From Octopus bimaculoides (Eukaryota), in contig NC_069006.1 in NCBI RefSeq assembly GCF_001194135.2, positions 16,322,831 to 16,386,830 of the forward strand: 64,000 bases of DNA, written 5' to 3'. Both the position numbers and the translations under genes were made by a program. Position 1 is the stretch's first letter. Each line of letters begins with the position of its first letter. This document shows positions 12,528 to 25,729 of the stretch, in pieces. The notes beneath the pieces are model-generated. The model did no database searches. It saw only the letters and a list, made by a program, of their open reading frames with translations, and was not told where the DNA came from.

Positions 12528-13077
12528 GCATGGCTGTGGGGTAAGAAGTTTGTTTCCCAATCACATGGTTCTTGGTTCAGTCCCACTGCGTGGCACCTTG
12601 AGCAAGTGTTTTCAACTATAGCCTAAGGCCGACCAAAGCCTTGTGAGTAGATTTGGTAGACGGAAACTATGAAAACATCTTTATCCATTTATCCTTTCCT
12701 TGTTTCAATCATTAGACTGTGGCCATGCTGGAGCACCGCCTTGAAGAATTATGTTTTGTTTTTTTTTTAAAGCCTGGTACTTGTTCTACCAGTTTCTTTT
12801 GCTGAACCACTAGGTTACAAGGATGTAAACACACCCATACCAGTTATCAAGCAGTGGAGGGGGACAAGCAAACACAAACACACACACACACACACATACA
12901 TACATACATACATATACAATAGGCTTCTTTCAGTTTCCATCTACCAAATCCACTCACAAGGCTTCGGTCGACCTGAGGCTATAGTGGAAGACATTTGCCC
13001 ATGTGCCACACAGTAGGAATGGACCTGGAACCATGTGGTTGGGAAGCAAGCTTCTTACCACACATTCACACCTGCAT
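12528..13077. mobile_element. Two convergent SINE C copies: + 5' half (12528-12670) and - full copy (12690-13077)
   Basis: Family head on + strand followed by a complete reverse copy. Confidence 0.75.
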
Positions 13078-13614
13078 ATATGTTTTAATGCATACATTTA
13101 GCTTTGTGGTGCAGATACATCCCTGCAATTAAATTAAAGTGGAGAACATTTACACAATGAACAAAAGAACAAATTGAACAGTTTGACCAAGTTGTTATTG
13201 CTTTATCAGTGTTTGCATCGTATATTTTATAGAAAGAGAAAGGCAATTACTCACAAATACTTATGAAAAATGCAATGAGCAACAGACATTACTTTTACAC
13301 ATTTGTACTACATATTGCATATCAACTAACAGTGCATATTGATTGACTGGAGTACTGGGATACTGTGTTTGCTAGTAAGTTGTAAATAAATTCATATATG
13401 TACATTTAATTAAGATAGATTTAGTCTCACTGTGCAAATAGAAATAGACCTTATGACTAAATTTGAATAGTGAAGCTGAACATATATTTAATAAAATATA
13501 TGCATGTAACTAACTATTTTTACAAAGTGTCCGCAAACATGTTGTCTCAATGTGTGTGTGTTTACGCCCGCACACACACACACACACACACACACATCTG
13601 GCAATATGCTGTGC

Positions 13615-13955
13615 ATGATAAGACTTGTCAGGCCAAGTGAAATTGTAGCTGTGGCCATGCTGGTGCCATGTAAATGGCCCCCGTGAATTGTAGTTGTGGT
13701 CATTGCTAGTACCATGTAAATGGCAGCTATGAATCGTAGTCGTGGTCATTACCAGTGCCATGCAAATGGCACCTGTGCCTGTAGCACCTAAAAGCACCCA
13801 TTACACTCCTGGAGTGGTTGGCGTTAGGAAGGGCAAACAGCTGTAGAAACCATACCAAATCAAACTGGAACCTGGTGCAGCTCTCCAGCTCCAGTCAAAC
13901 AGTCTTACTTATGCCAGCATGGAGAGCAGACATTAAATGAAGATGATGATGATAT
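13615..13955 (+). mobile_element. RTE 3' end with ~45-bp tandem units in the UTR
   Basis: aagacttgtcaggccaagtga (KTCQAK*), three units, then the conserved tail. Confidence 0.7.
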
Positions 13956-14040
13956 ACATATATACTTATATATATACACACATATATACACACACGTACA
14001 TTACACACTTATACACACACATATATACACATGTGTATAC

Positions 14041-14114
<74 letters not shown>

Positions 14115-14394
14115 ATATATTATTTAGCCCACACATGCATGTGTCCCTCAAACACCCATGTATTTCCAACCATTCACAAAGTTCATCCTTTTTTTTTTTT
14201 ATGTTTTGACAACCAAACAGTCACCCTCAATCAAATTCAATGCACTTGAACGCATTCAGATAGAGGATCTTTTTTAGATTTATTTTTATATAAACCTCGA
14301 TGGTGGTAGGTCAGATAATCGTCACAAAATATAAAAGTGGAAATCAGCACTTACATGTGAAAATGTAAACATTACAACCAAATATCCATATCTT

Positions 14395-14629
14395 TTTACT
14401 TGTTTCAGTCATTAGACTGTGGCCATGCTGGGGCATCACCTTGTATGTTTTCTTTTAGTTGAATGAATGAATTGACCCCAGTACTTCTTTTTTAAGCCTG
14501 GTACTTATTTTATTAGTCACTTTTGTCAAACTACTAAGTCATGGGGATGCAAACACAGCAACACCAGTTGTCAAGTGGTGTTGGGGGGTGGGGGGACAAA
14601 CACAGTCACAAAGACACACACACACACAG

Positions 14630-14667
<38 letters not shown>

Positions 14668-14875
14668 TCCACTCACAAGGCTTTGGTTGGCCTGAGGACG
14701 ATTTGATTGAGGACTGGTGAAACCGGATGGCAACACCAGGCTCCAATCTAATTTGGCAGAGTTTCTACAGCTGGATGCCCTTCCTAACGCCAACCACTGC
14801 CCAAAGCACCACACAGTTGGACTGAACCTGAAACTATGTGTCTGGGAAGCAAGCTTCTTACCACACAGCCGCACC
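14395..14875 (-). mobile_element. SINE family C with an embedded RTE-UTR segment
   Basis: Family C ends; 14696-14798 matches the RTE UTR. Confidence 0.8.
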
Positions 14876-15615
14876 ATAATTGTAAAACAAAATTCATATA
14901 CTATGCCCCATACATGTATATATTTATAATTACCATTTTGGGCCCTCCCATTTCATTCAGTATGACAACCAGGCTATATCAAATGAAATCGTACTGNNNN
15001 NNNNNNNNNNNNNNNNNNNNNNNNNNNNNNNNNNNNNNNNNNNNNNNNNNNNNNNNNNNNNNNNNNNNNNNNNNNNNNNNNNNNNNNNNNNNNNNNNNNN
15101 NNNNNNNNNNNNNNNNNNNNNNNNNNNNNNNNNNNNNNNNNNNNNNNNNNNNNNNNNNNNNNNNNNNNNNNNNNNNNNNNNNNNNNNNNNNNNNNNNNNN
15201 NNNNNNNNNNNNNNNNNNNNNNNNNNNNNNNNNNNNNNNNNNNNNNNNNNNNNNNNNNNNNNNNNNNNNNNNNNNNNNNNNNNNNNNNNNNNNNNNNNNN
15301 NNNNNNNNNNNNNNNNNNNNNNNNNNNNNNNNNNNNNNNNNNNNNNNNNNNNNNNNNNNNNNNNNNNNNNNNNNNNNNNNNNNNNNNNNNNNNNNNNNNN
15401 NNNNNNNNNNNNNNNNNNNNNNNNNNNNNNNNNNNNNNNNNNNNNNNNNNNNNNNNNNNNNNNNNNNNNNNNNNNNNNNNNNNNNNNNNNNNNNNNNNNN
15501 NNNNNNNNNNNNNNNNNNNNNNNNNNNNNNNNNNNNNNNNNNNNNNNNNNNNNNNNNNNNNNNNNNNNNNNNNNNNNNNNNNNNNNNNNNNNNNNNNNNN
15601 NNNNNNNNNNNNNNN

Positions 15616-15988
15616 AAGTAGCTTGCTTACTAACCACATGGTCCGGGTTCAGTCCCACTGCGTGGCACTTTGGGCAAGTGTCTTCTACTATAGCCTCGGG
15701 CCGACCAAAGCCTTGTAAGTGGATTTGGTAGACAGAAACTGAAAGAAACCCGTCGTATATATGTATATATATATGTATGTGTGTATATGTTTGTGTGTCT
15801 GTGTTTGTCCCCCCAACTTCGCTTGACAACCGAAGGTGGTGTGTTTACGTCCCCGTAACTTAGCGGTTCGGCAAAAAGAGACCGTTAGAATAAGTACTAG
15901 GCTTACAAAGAATAAGTCCTGGGGTCGATTTGCTCAACTAAAAGGCGGTGCCCCAGCATGGCTGAAATAAATAAAGAGTAAAAGAGTA
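15616..15988 (+). mobile_element. SINE family C, young copy
   Basis: Near-identical to 47212-47680; CpGs retained. Confidence 0.85.
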
Positions 15989-15989
15989 T

Positions 15990-16190
15990 GATGTTCAGAA
16001 ATGTTCCTGGCTTTGGGTAAAAGAATATAAAGGAGGATCAGTTAATGATTTTATTCAACATATTACCATCTCAGATTCACACACTTATTGCAATGGTCCT
16101 TCGGGTTTTCTAAGTCCTGTAAAAGAACTTGGAAGGATGGGCCTCATGCTTGGCCTTTCATGATACCCTTAAAGCTAGGAACTTTTCAAC
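15990..16190. mobile_element. Mariner-derived MITE (~215 bp)
   Basis: Degenerate gaaatgttcctggcttt...aaagctaggaacttttcaac TIRs; same family as 48207-48422. Confidence 0.7.
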
Positions 16191-17356
16191 AGTTTTGGTC
16201 TGGAGCTGAACATGGCAATGATCATTGGCTCATTGTAAATAAAGTTGAAATTTAGAAGCAGGAGATATCCTCAGGGCAAGCCATCACCAAGGAAGCTGAG
16301 GATGGAGAATCTCAAATCATCAACATTTCAAGTAGACTAAACAATAAACAGACACACAAACATAAATGCAGGCTTATATATATTCACACACAAACACATA
16401 TGTACACATTAACACATATACATAGACACAAACATATATGCACTCTTATATTCACACACATACAGAGACACACAAAGACACACAATACACACCCATACAC
16501 ATGCACTGTATCTTTAAAATGTTTACTTCAAGTAGACACAGAAATATTAAAAGAAATGTAAAGTAATTAACTTCCTGTGTTTTTGAGACTGGCTCCAAGG
16601 AAATATATATATACATATATATATACATACACATATATATATATGTATANNNNNNNNNNNNNNNNNNNNNNNNNNNNNNNNNNNNNNNNNNNNNNNNNNN
16701 NNNNNNNNNNNNNNNNNNNNNNNNNNNNNNNNNNNNNNNNNNNNNNNNNNNNNNNNNNNNNNNNNNNNNNNNNNNNNNNNNNNNNNNNNNNNNNNNNNNN
16801 NNNNNNNNNNNNNNNNNNNNNNNNNNNNNNNNNNNNNNNNNNNNNNNNNNNNNNNNNNNNNNNNNNNNNNNNNNNNNNNNNNNNNNNNNNNNNNNNNNNN
16901 NNNNNNNNNNNNNNNNNNNNNNNNNNNNNNNNNNNNNNNNNNNNNNNNNNNNNNNNNNNNNNNNNNNNNNNNNNNNNNNNNNNNNNNNNNNNNNNNNNNN
17001 NNNNNNNNNNNNNNNNNNNNNNNNNNNNNNNNNNNNNNNNNNNNNNNNNNNNNNNNNNNNNNNNNNNNNNNNNNNNNNNNNNNNNNNNNNNNNNNNNNNN
17101 NNNNNNNNNNNNNNNNNNNNNNNNNNNNNNNNNNNNNNNNNNNNNNNNNNNNNNNNNNNNNNNNNNNNNNNNNNNNNNNNNNNNNNNNNNNNNNNNNNNN
17201 NNNNNNNNNNNNNNNNNNNNNNNNNNNNNNNNNNNNNNNNNNNNNNNNNNNNNNNNNNNNNNNNNNNNNNNNNNNNNNNNNNNNNNNNNNNNNNNNNNNN
17301 NNNNNNNNNNNNNNNNNNNNNNNNNNNNNNNNNNNNNNNNNNNNNNNNNNNNNNNN

Positions 17357-17389
<33 letters not shown>

Positions 17390-18063
17390 CACATTTGGAC
17401 AAACACTTGACACAGTCACACAGATAAAAAAAGTTTGTTTAATAGGCACAACTTAAGGGTCTCCTTCAGTTGCATGCCTTACATTAAATTTTTAATGAGG
17501 GATCCCCAAGCCATGAGCAGAAGAGGCAGCATACTCATGTAGGGTATACAATGACTAGCCAGTGGTGGTTGTGGGGGGGACACATGTGAAACCGAAAGGG
17601 TTGTAAGAGGGTGACGTGGTAGCTGGCACTGGCAACCAGTGTAACAGCCTAAGCAGTAACAATGGTAGCAGCGATGGTAGTGGTAGCATCAAGAAGCAGA
17701 AACAGCAATACCAAAGGTTACGACAGCAGCAGCAGCAACACCAACATTGTGCCTAGAAATGGCTGCTATGCCAGCAGCAATGGAACCACTAAAATCATGT
17801 CCAGGAATATCGGCATCGGTAGTGACTCCAGCAACAACAGCAATGACAATACCACGAATTTGCTTGCCAGTTGCTTGACATTAACCACTTGAGCATGTCC
17901 CTTAGTGGCTGAAAGTATGTGCATCTCTGATCATCAGTAGGAGTAGTGGAGGAGCAGCATAGTCGGTGTGTTAAGAGGGATTCTTTGGGGTTTGAATAAA
18001 TGTAACAGAAGCAAAGTTTGAAGGAAATATTAGCCATTTGTCATACTTTCTAGGAGTTTGTTT

Positions 18064-18438
18064 GTCGGCACTCCGTCGCTTACGACGTCGAGCGTTCCAG
18101 TTGATCCGATCAACGGAACAGCCTGCTCGTGAAATTAACATGCAAGTGGCTGAGCACTCCACAGACACGTGTACCCTTAATGTAGTTCTCGGGGATATTC
18201 AGCGTGGCACAGTGTGACAAGGCTGACCCTTTGAATTACAGGCACAACAGAAACAGGAAGTAAGAGTGAGAGAAAGTTGTGGTGAAAGAGTACAGCAAGG
18301 TTCGCCACCATCCCCTGCCGGAGCCTCGTGGAGCTTTAGGTGTTTTCGCTCAATAAACACTCACAACGCCCGGTCTGGGAATCGAAACCGCGATCCTATG
18401 ACCACGAGTCCGCAGCCCTAACCACTGGGCCATTGCAC
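18064..18438 (-). mobile_element. SINE family A, tail X
   Basis: TSD tttctaggagt / tttcttggagt. Confidence 0.85.
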
Positions 18439-18641
18439 TTTCTTGGAGTAAACAAATAAAAAATAACAGTTGCTGGCCAAGAACAAAAATCATGTTACTC
18501 AGTATTATTGTTATTAGAGTGACACTTCAATGTATACTTGTAATTTTAATTTAGGCCAATGCTTATACATAAACTTTTTTATTTTGGTGTTGGTGTTGGT
18601 CGATGGTTTAAAGACAGACTTTCTCTTTTTTGCTTTTAGCT

Positions 18642-18965
18642 TTAACCCTTTAGCATACAGATTACTCAGTCAAATCTGATGCGTATTTATTCACATTGTT
18701 TCGAATTAATCATGCAATATCTCATAGCTTTGAGATTCTGATGATGTAATTATTTATTTTTACAATGAGACTTATTGCCAAATCAGATTGGAGCCTGGTG
18801 TAGCCATCTGGTTTCACCAGTCCTCAGTCAAATCCTCCAACCTATGCTAGCATGGAAGGCGGACGTTAAACGATGATGATGATGATGACATTGTAGAATA
18901 TATATGAGAGACCAGAAGTAGAATATTTAAGCCAGATATGACCAGTTTTAACACTAAAGGGTTGA
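18642..18965 (-). mobile_element. piggyBac-type MITE 1 interrupted by an RTE tail (18769-18888, + strand)
   Basis: ttaaccctttagcat start; MITE body resumes at cattgtag. Confidence 0.8.
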
Positions 18966-19994
18966 ATTTGATATAGCCTTTTTTTTTAATTGCTTTTTCT
19001 CTTCGTCCAGACATATGTACTTTATGACAGTCTGATTTTGTCCTCATTGCATAATGCGGCTTCTCTTTCAGCCAGGCAGTTTAGCAGAAACTTATATGAA
19101 ACCGTTGAAGTGGTGATGATGGTGGTGGTAGTGATGGTGATGACAACAATGCTGTTGAACTGAACTCAAAGCAACAAAGAGTCAGACTAGATGATAGAAT
19201 ATTATTAATATTTGGCCAAATGGACTTCAAGATTGAAAGGAATTAATAAACTCTAAATGGACAGAAAGTAAAGAACAGTTAAATTACATTAGTTTGTAAT
19301 CTCACTTTTTATTGTCAACTGCAGTAATAAAATAGATGAAATGATATCTCGGTTTAAAAGGTTCTAATACAGTAGACAACCTATGCATATATATGTGTAT
19401 ATATACATAAAACACATATGTACACACATATACATATATACAGATAAACAACACATACATGCATGTTTGTATACACAATACGATAGACATACATTCACAC
19501 ATGGCCTCATAAACAAAGTTGTCTGACATCAATTTGTATTGTGTCTTTTGTGTTCAAGGGGACAACAACGGAGCGATATTAAGGGGAATGTATTGATTAA
19601 TGGTCCCAGGGGTCAGCGGGGAGTATTGCAATGCAAATCTTTCATTTGCTTGGTGAAGAATAGCTGCAAGGCCAAAAATTTCCACTGGAAAATAGACAGC
19701 TGAAGTTAGAGAGAGAGAAGGTGGGAGAGGGATAAGTGAGAAGGATAAGTGAGAGGCAGTGTGAGAGAAAAGAAGGGGACAAAGGAACACAGATGTAACA
19801 TTTGTTTGTGCATCTATTATTTTCAGTGTCTCAAAGTAAAAAGTTTTATTGCAAAACCTAACAGGAAGTGTCTGCTAGAACAGCTGTTATTGTTGTTGTG
19901 GGCACTGGTGCTACTTTGGTCTAATTCAACCCTGATTTAGTACCCAGTACATTACAACCATAGACAACCCATCTTTTTTCATTTTTCAAACTTT

Positions 19995-20214
19995 TTAACC
20001 CTTTAGCGTTCAAATTAAATATGTCAAAACTAATCCTTATTCATTTACATTATAAAAAATTTATCTGGTATTATCTTGTAGCTTCAAGATGTAATTGTTT
20101 ATTTTTAGAATGACATTGCAGGGTAGGTGTGAGATACTGGTTCTGGCCAGTTTGAGCAGAAAATGAGCAGAATATTTGGGCCGGATATAGCCGGTTTAAA
20201 CAGCAAAGGGTTAA
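19995..20214 (-). mobile_element. piggyBac-type MITE 1
   Basis: ttaaccctttagc...gcaaagggttaa. Confidence 0.85.
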
Positions 20215-20835
20215 AATGACTTTTAGTCAAGATAGAAGGCGCTACCTGTGACCTTTTATAGGACTTCTCAGGATGCTGAGAGGGGGTGAGGGAAGAAAAC
20301 ATGGCCAGAATGCTTTCAACAGTGTGGACTAAAGGCACCTAAGATATTAGGTGGAGGTGGCAGTGGTGGTAAACCAGGAGACCAAAAGTCTACCACCACC
20401 CAAGCAGGCCATGCCAGGGTTTGAACTCAGAATGCAAAGAACTGGAACAAATATCACAAGGCATCTAGTCCAATGTTCTTACATTTCTGCCCGTCACACC
20501 ACTCTGGATTCGGTACTTTTTTTTATCAACCCCTGAAAGAATTAAAGGTAAAGTACATCTTGACAAACTTCAAGTCAGAGATTCCAAACATCCCTTGAAC
20601 CTCCACATCCTCCAATCTTAGAAAGGAAATATGGCTTGATGTAGTAATTAGCTTTTATTTTTTACTTGTTTCAGACATTTGGCTGTAGCCATGCTGGGCC
20701 ATCACCTAAAAGGGTTTTAGTCAAACAAATCGACCCCAGGGCTTTTTCTTTTTTAAAACCTGCTACTTATTCAATAATGTATGCATGTAGTGCATATTTA
20801 AAGACTCTCTCTCTCACTCTGTGGAAAATTATGTA

Positions 20836-20879
<44 letters not shown>

Positions 20880-21004
20880 NNNNNNNNNNNNNNNNNNNNN
20901 NNNNNNNNNNNNNNNNNNNNNNNNNNNNNNNNNNNNNNNNNNNNNNNNNNNNNNNNNNNNGTATGTATATATTTGCAAAGAAAGTTGTGTAACATTATAG
21001 AGCA

Positions 21005-21360
21005 TCATCATCATCATCATCATCATCGTTTAACGTCCGCTTTCCATGCTAGCATGGGTTGGACGATTTGACTGAGGACTGGCGAACCAGATGGCTGCAC
21101 CAGGCTCCAATCTGATCTAGCAGAGTTTCTACAGCTGGATGCCCTTCCTAACGCCAACCACTCCGAGAGTGTAATGGGTGCTTTTACGTGCCACCAGCAC
21201 AAGGGCCAGTCTGGCGGTACTGGCAACGGCCATACTCAAAAGGTGTTGTTTTACATGCCACCTGCACAGGAGTCAGTCCAGCGGCACTGGCAACGACCTC
21301 GCTCGAATGCTTTGTTCATGTGCCACCAGCACAAGTGCTAGTAAGACGACGCTGGCACAA
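21005..21360 (-). mobile_element. RTE 3' UTR fragment, young
   Basis: (cat)n cgtttaacgtccgctttccatgctagcatggg... Confidence 0.8.
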
Positions 21361-21551
21361 ATTAATATTAATTATGCAAATTAATGGTATTACATATAGA
21401 CATACACATAAGTATCTTTAGAGAAGTGTATAAATATATTGTTTCTTTCTCCCCACCGCTCTCTTTCTGTATTTGTAAACATTCACAAGTAAACTATAAA
21501 GTTTAATTATATAGACATAACTTCAACTGTGATATATTCAATAACACACAC

Positions 21552-21597
<46 letters not shown>

Positions 21598-22249
21598 ACA
21601 CATATTCTTGCCCACACACAGAGCCACCATACCATGAATATAATTAATTTCAAAGTGCATTGAAAAATAGTAGAGTAGGGGGGTAAGGTAGAGCAGAGAA
21701 GATACAGTAAAAAGATCTACTTGCTTATTTAGAAAATTGTGATGTTTGTGAGATAAGCCAAAAGTTGAGAAATGTTATCAGTGAGCTGAAAACAAAAAAT
21801 GGTAACCTATTATCTTGCCAGATAAATTGCCAGCACCAGCTGATGAAGACACAATAGATCTATGATCATATATATGTGTGTGGAAGTGTGTCACTGGAAT
21901 TTTATAGTGACTTCCATTTTACTCTAAAGCTTATCAATATCGCAGCTTTTGTAACATACTGCTGCTTGAATAACCCTTGTTCTGACCATATTTCTATTGA
22001 ATCACAAGCCATAAGGCCTGGTTATAGGCTTTAGTTCATTACGAAAATAATCTACAATTTTTTTTTTTTATAACTTTGTCAGAGGAGGAAGCCTCAGAAA
22101 CTGGGCCTCCAAGCCAGGTGAGAGAAAGACAGGGAGTTATCTTCAAACTGGAGACCTAATCCCAAAATGCTTTCAACATAGTATCTCATGGAATTTGAAC
22201 TCAGAACACGAAGACAGACAAAATGCAAAAGCAAATAAATATTGATTTC

Positions 22250-22460
22250 AAATTTTGGCAGAAGGTCAACAATTTCAGGAAAGGGGATGAATCGATTACG
22301 GCAACCCTAGTATTCAACTGGTAGTTATTTTATCAACCTTGAAAGAATGAAAACCAAAGCCAACCTTGGCAGAATTTAAACTCAGAATGTAAAGATGGAT
22401 GAAATACCACTAAGCATTTTTCCCAGCATGCTAACCATTCTGCCAGCCAGCCACCTTGAA
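22250..22460 (-). mobile_element. SINE family D
   Basis: Reverse of the ggtggctggcagaatggttagc head and ttctgagtttaaattctgcc B-box region. Confidence 0.75.
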
Positions 22461-25094
22461 GTGAATTGAATAAGTATTAACAGTTGTTAATAACTGGATA
22501 AATTGTATACAGTAGAGTTTGTTAATTATAAATCTAAAAATGTCAGTTTGAGTATCATTTTTAACCCTTTTCTTACACATTGTTGGAAAAATCTCTGATT
22601 TTCAACAAACCAGTACCTGGCTCACTACATATCTAAATATTTTCCCCAGCTCATACACCTCCCATTCTCTCTCTTCTGTAGGCTCTCTTTGATGTGACTT
22701 ACATGCAAAAAATAAACCATTTTCTTCAGGTGAATTGAGAGTAAAATTTAGCACTTAGGATTCTTCACAGAAATAGAACATAATACAAGAAAACTGTCTT
22801 TTTTTTTTTTTGCATGTAACATTTTTGTTCATCAATAAGGAACATGTCTGAAACAGCTGTAGTGAACCTCAACCTGTCTGTGTGTGTGTGTGTGTGTGTG
22901 TGTACATATGAAAAATGTCTTATTCATCTTTTATTAACATGGTATATTTTTATCTTTGTTATGAAACAGTCTTTTTACTCCCGTGCTTATGAAAATATAA
23001 ACATTTCCCCACCTCGTCATTTCAAGAATCTAAAAATAGTAACACTTCCATTGTACTGTTAGATTTACTTTTTTTACCTTCGTTTCTTTTGCATTCTGGT
23101 TTACTATTTTAGCAGGAGACAGCAGGGTTGGCATCTAAACTTTGAAATCCAGCATCACAAAAACTGTTCTAAATGCACCTTTACAAGTTTGTAAAAGTAC
23201 AGCTGATAAAAGTACAGAAAGTTAGCTACTATGTATAGCTTGAAAACATATGTGTATCGTGTGTACTAAATACACTGCTATTCTACAATATATAAAATGT
23301 GACTCCTGCACCTAGATAGATATATACATATGAATATGAACGTGTGTGTGTGTGTGCATGCATGTGTGTATGTATGCATGCACGACTGCACATGTACAAA
23401 AATGTGTGTTCGTTTGACATCTGTTTTTCTATGCTTAGGTTGGATGGATACTTATTTGAGGCATTATTTCGGACCAGATTCCCTTCCTGTTGTCAATACT
23501 TTGATGTTTTACCAGTTAGGAAGCTTCTATTCAACTACGTCAAAACTGCAGAGCTACGAGACATAAATGTTTACTGGAAATGTAAACATGAGGACAGATT
23601 TTCTTTTGGTTAGATGATCCCAAGTGAAAAGTAGAAACAACAATTTCACACACACACAAATGTGTTCAATGCAGTTTCTTTCTGTGAATTTCACTCACAA
23701 GGCATTCATCAGCCCTAAGCAACAGTAGAAGACACTTGCACAAGGTCCTGCACAGTGGATTGAACCTACGACCATATGCTTAGGAAGTGAACTTCTTAAT
23801 CATACAGCCACATTTACACACACACATACACACACACATATATATATATATATATTTATATATATCAGGTGTGACTGTGTGGTAAGAAGTTTACTTCCCA
23901 ACCACATGGTTCTAGGTTCAGTCCCACTGCATGGCACATTGAGTGCAGGGATTTTTTGGCCTATAATCCAGCCAAATGGTATAAGCATGGGATTGAGTTT
24001 CTAGCACAATGATGGCAACATACAATAGAATATGATGGGATATATTTCGATGAATAAACGCTTTTCATGGGCAATTTGTTTGAATGATACTAAGAGCCAA
24101 CAAGAGACTTTCTGAATAGTAGCTAAAAAAAGAATGAAAATAAAATGAACCTAAATGTAGAGGAAACATACTTGTATCGTGCTACCCCCCTTCTTGCCTG
24201 GGGAAAATGAAAGCGAATAATTCTATTTAGTGTCATGATATTTTTTAAGATCATGCTCTATTCAGATACAATGTCTGAAAAACAACCAGCTCACCTTCAA
24301 CCCCATTCCTACCTCTCATCAATTCAATTGATGAACATTTCTGCCAAAGCAGGGTCAAGAGGAGCTCTCTTTATTTCTTTTATCATTAATTATGGGAATT
24401 TAAAACATAAACTCTAACCAAAGATTAGAGGATTATAAGAATTATATTGCATTCAAACTCAGAGAAGCTTAAAATGTGTTCAATTCCACCAGGAATACTA
24501 ATGGCTTTTGTTCAACAAAAATCAGCATTGTAGACTAGTTATTTGTGAATCTACAAGTGTTCCGAGTTCTTCTATGTCAAATTTGTCTTCGAAATTCCTT
24601 TCTCTCACTTTCTCCATTCAATTGACGATAAATCTACACAGAACACAGAACAAAATTGGATAAATATTTGAAAGTACAACTATCATTAGTCTTACCACAC
24701 CACCACCACCACCACCACTAACAACCATTTGCTGTGTCTATCTAAATCACTAACCCTGTTTATTCCTTCACTCCCACACCACCAACATAATGCCACCAAG
24801 AGATTCTTTAATCAACTATCTGTCTACTATGTCTCAATATACTTGATCTGAATTGACTAAGCCAAGAGTGTCTCATGTGGTTGTTTGATCTGCTAGAAAT
24901 AGCAGCCAAGTTATCCACAAATTTACATTCAACTGTCTTTAAAAAAAAGACATGTTTGTCATAGTTGGAGTACCTTTGATCGCAGATCTGTTTGATCAGG
25001 GTAAACCTGGGGCTAAAATTAACATAATGAATCATATTACTTCAATTTAGCTACCTACTCAGATACACAAAGATTAAAAATGCATTGATGTATT

Positions 25095-25668
25095 TTCTGT
25101 CAGTTCTTTACATTCTGAGCTCAAATCACACTGAGGTCAACTTTGCCTTTCTTTAAAAAAAGTACCAGTTAAGTACTAGGGTCAACTACCCTCTCTCTTT
25201 CAAAATTCCTAGCTTTGTACTTAAATCAGAAGTAGTAAAATTGTTAGCATGCTGGGCAAAATGCTTAGCAGTATTTTGTCTCTAAATTCCACCAAGGTCA
25301 ACTTTGCCTTTCATCTCCCAGAGGTCAATAAAATAAAGTTCCAATCAAGTACTGCTCCCCTCCCCAAAAATTTCAGATCATGAGCCTATGTTCAATACAA
25401 TTACTGGTGCGAGTTAAATTGGTCATATAAAGCAACAAGCTGACAGAATTGTTAGCAAGCTGACAGAATTGTTAGCAAGCTGACAGAATTGTTAGCAAGC
25501 TGAGCGAAATGCTGCGAGGCATTTTGTTTGCCCTTACATTCTGAGTTCAAATTCTGCTGAGGTCAACTTTGCCTTTCATACTTTCAGAGTCAATAAAATA
25601 AGCACAGGGGTCAATATAATTGATTTAACCCCTCCCAGAAACCACCAGCCTTGTGCCAAAATTTGAAA

Positions 25669-25719
<51 letters not shown>

Positions 25720-25720
25720 G
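25095..25720 (+). mobile_element. Three head-to-tail SINE D copies ending in (tta)n
   Basis: cattctgag(c/t)tcaaat...gaggtcaactttgcctt recurs; third copy has a triplicated 20-bp head segment. Confidence 0.75.
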
Positions 25721-25729
25721 TTCCCAGTC

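Noticed and set aside
25436-25503. Short regular direct repeats suggesting CRISPR
   Set aside because: No spacers, eukaryotic context, and the unit derives from the SINE D head.
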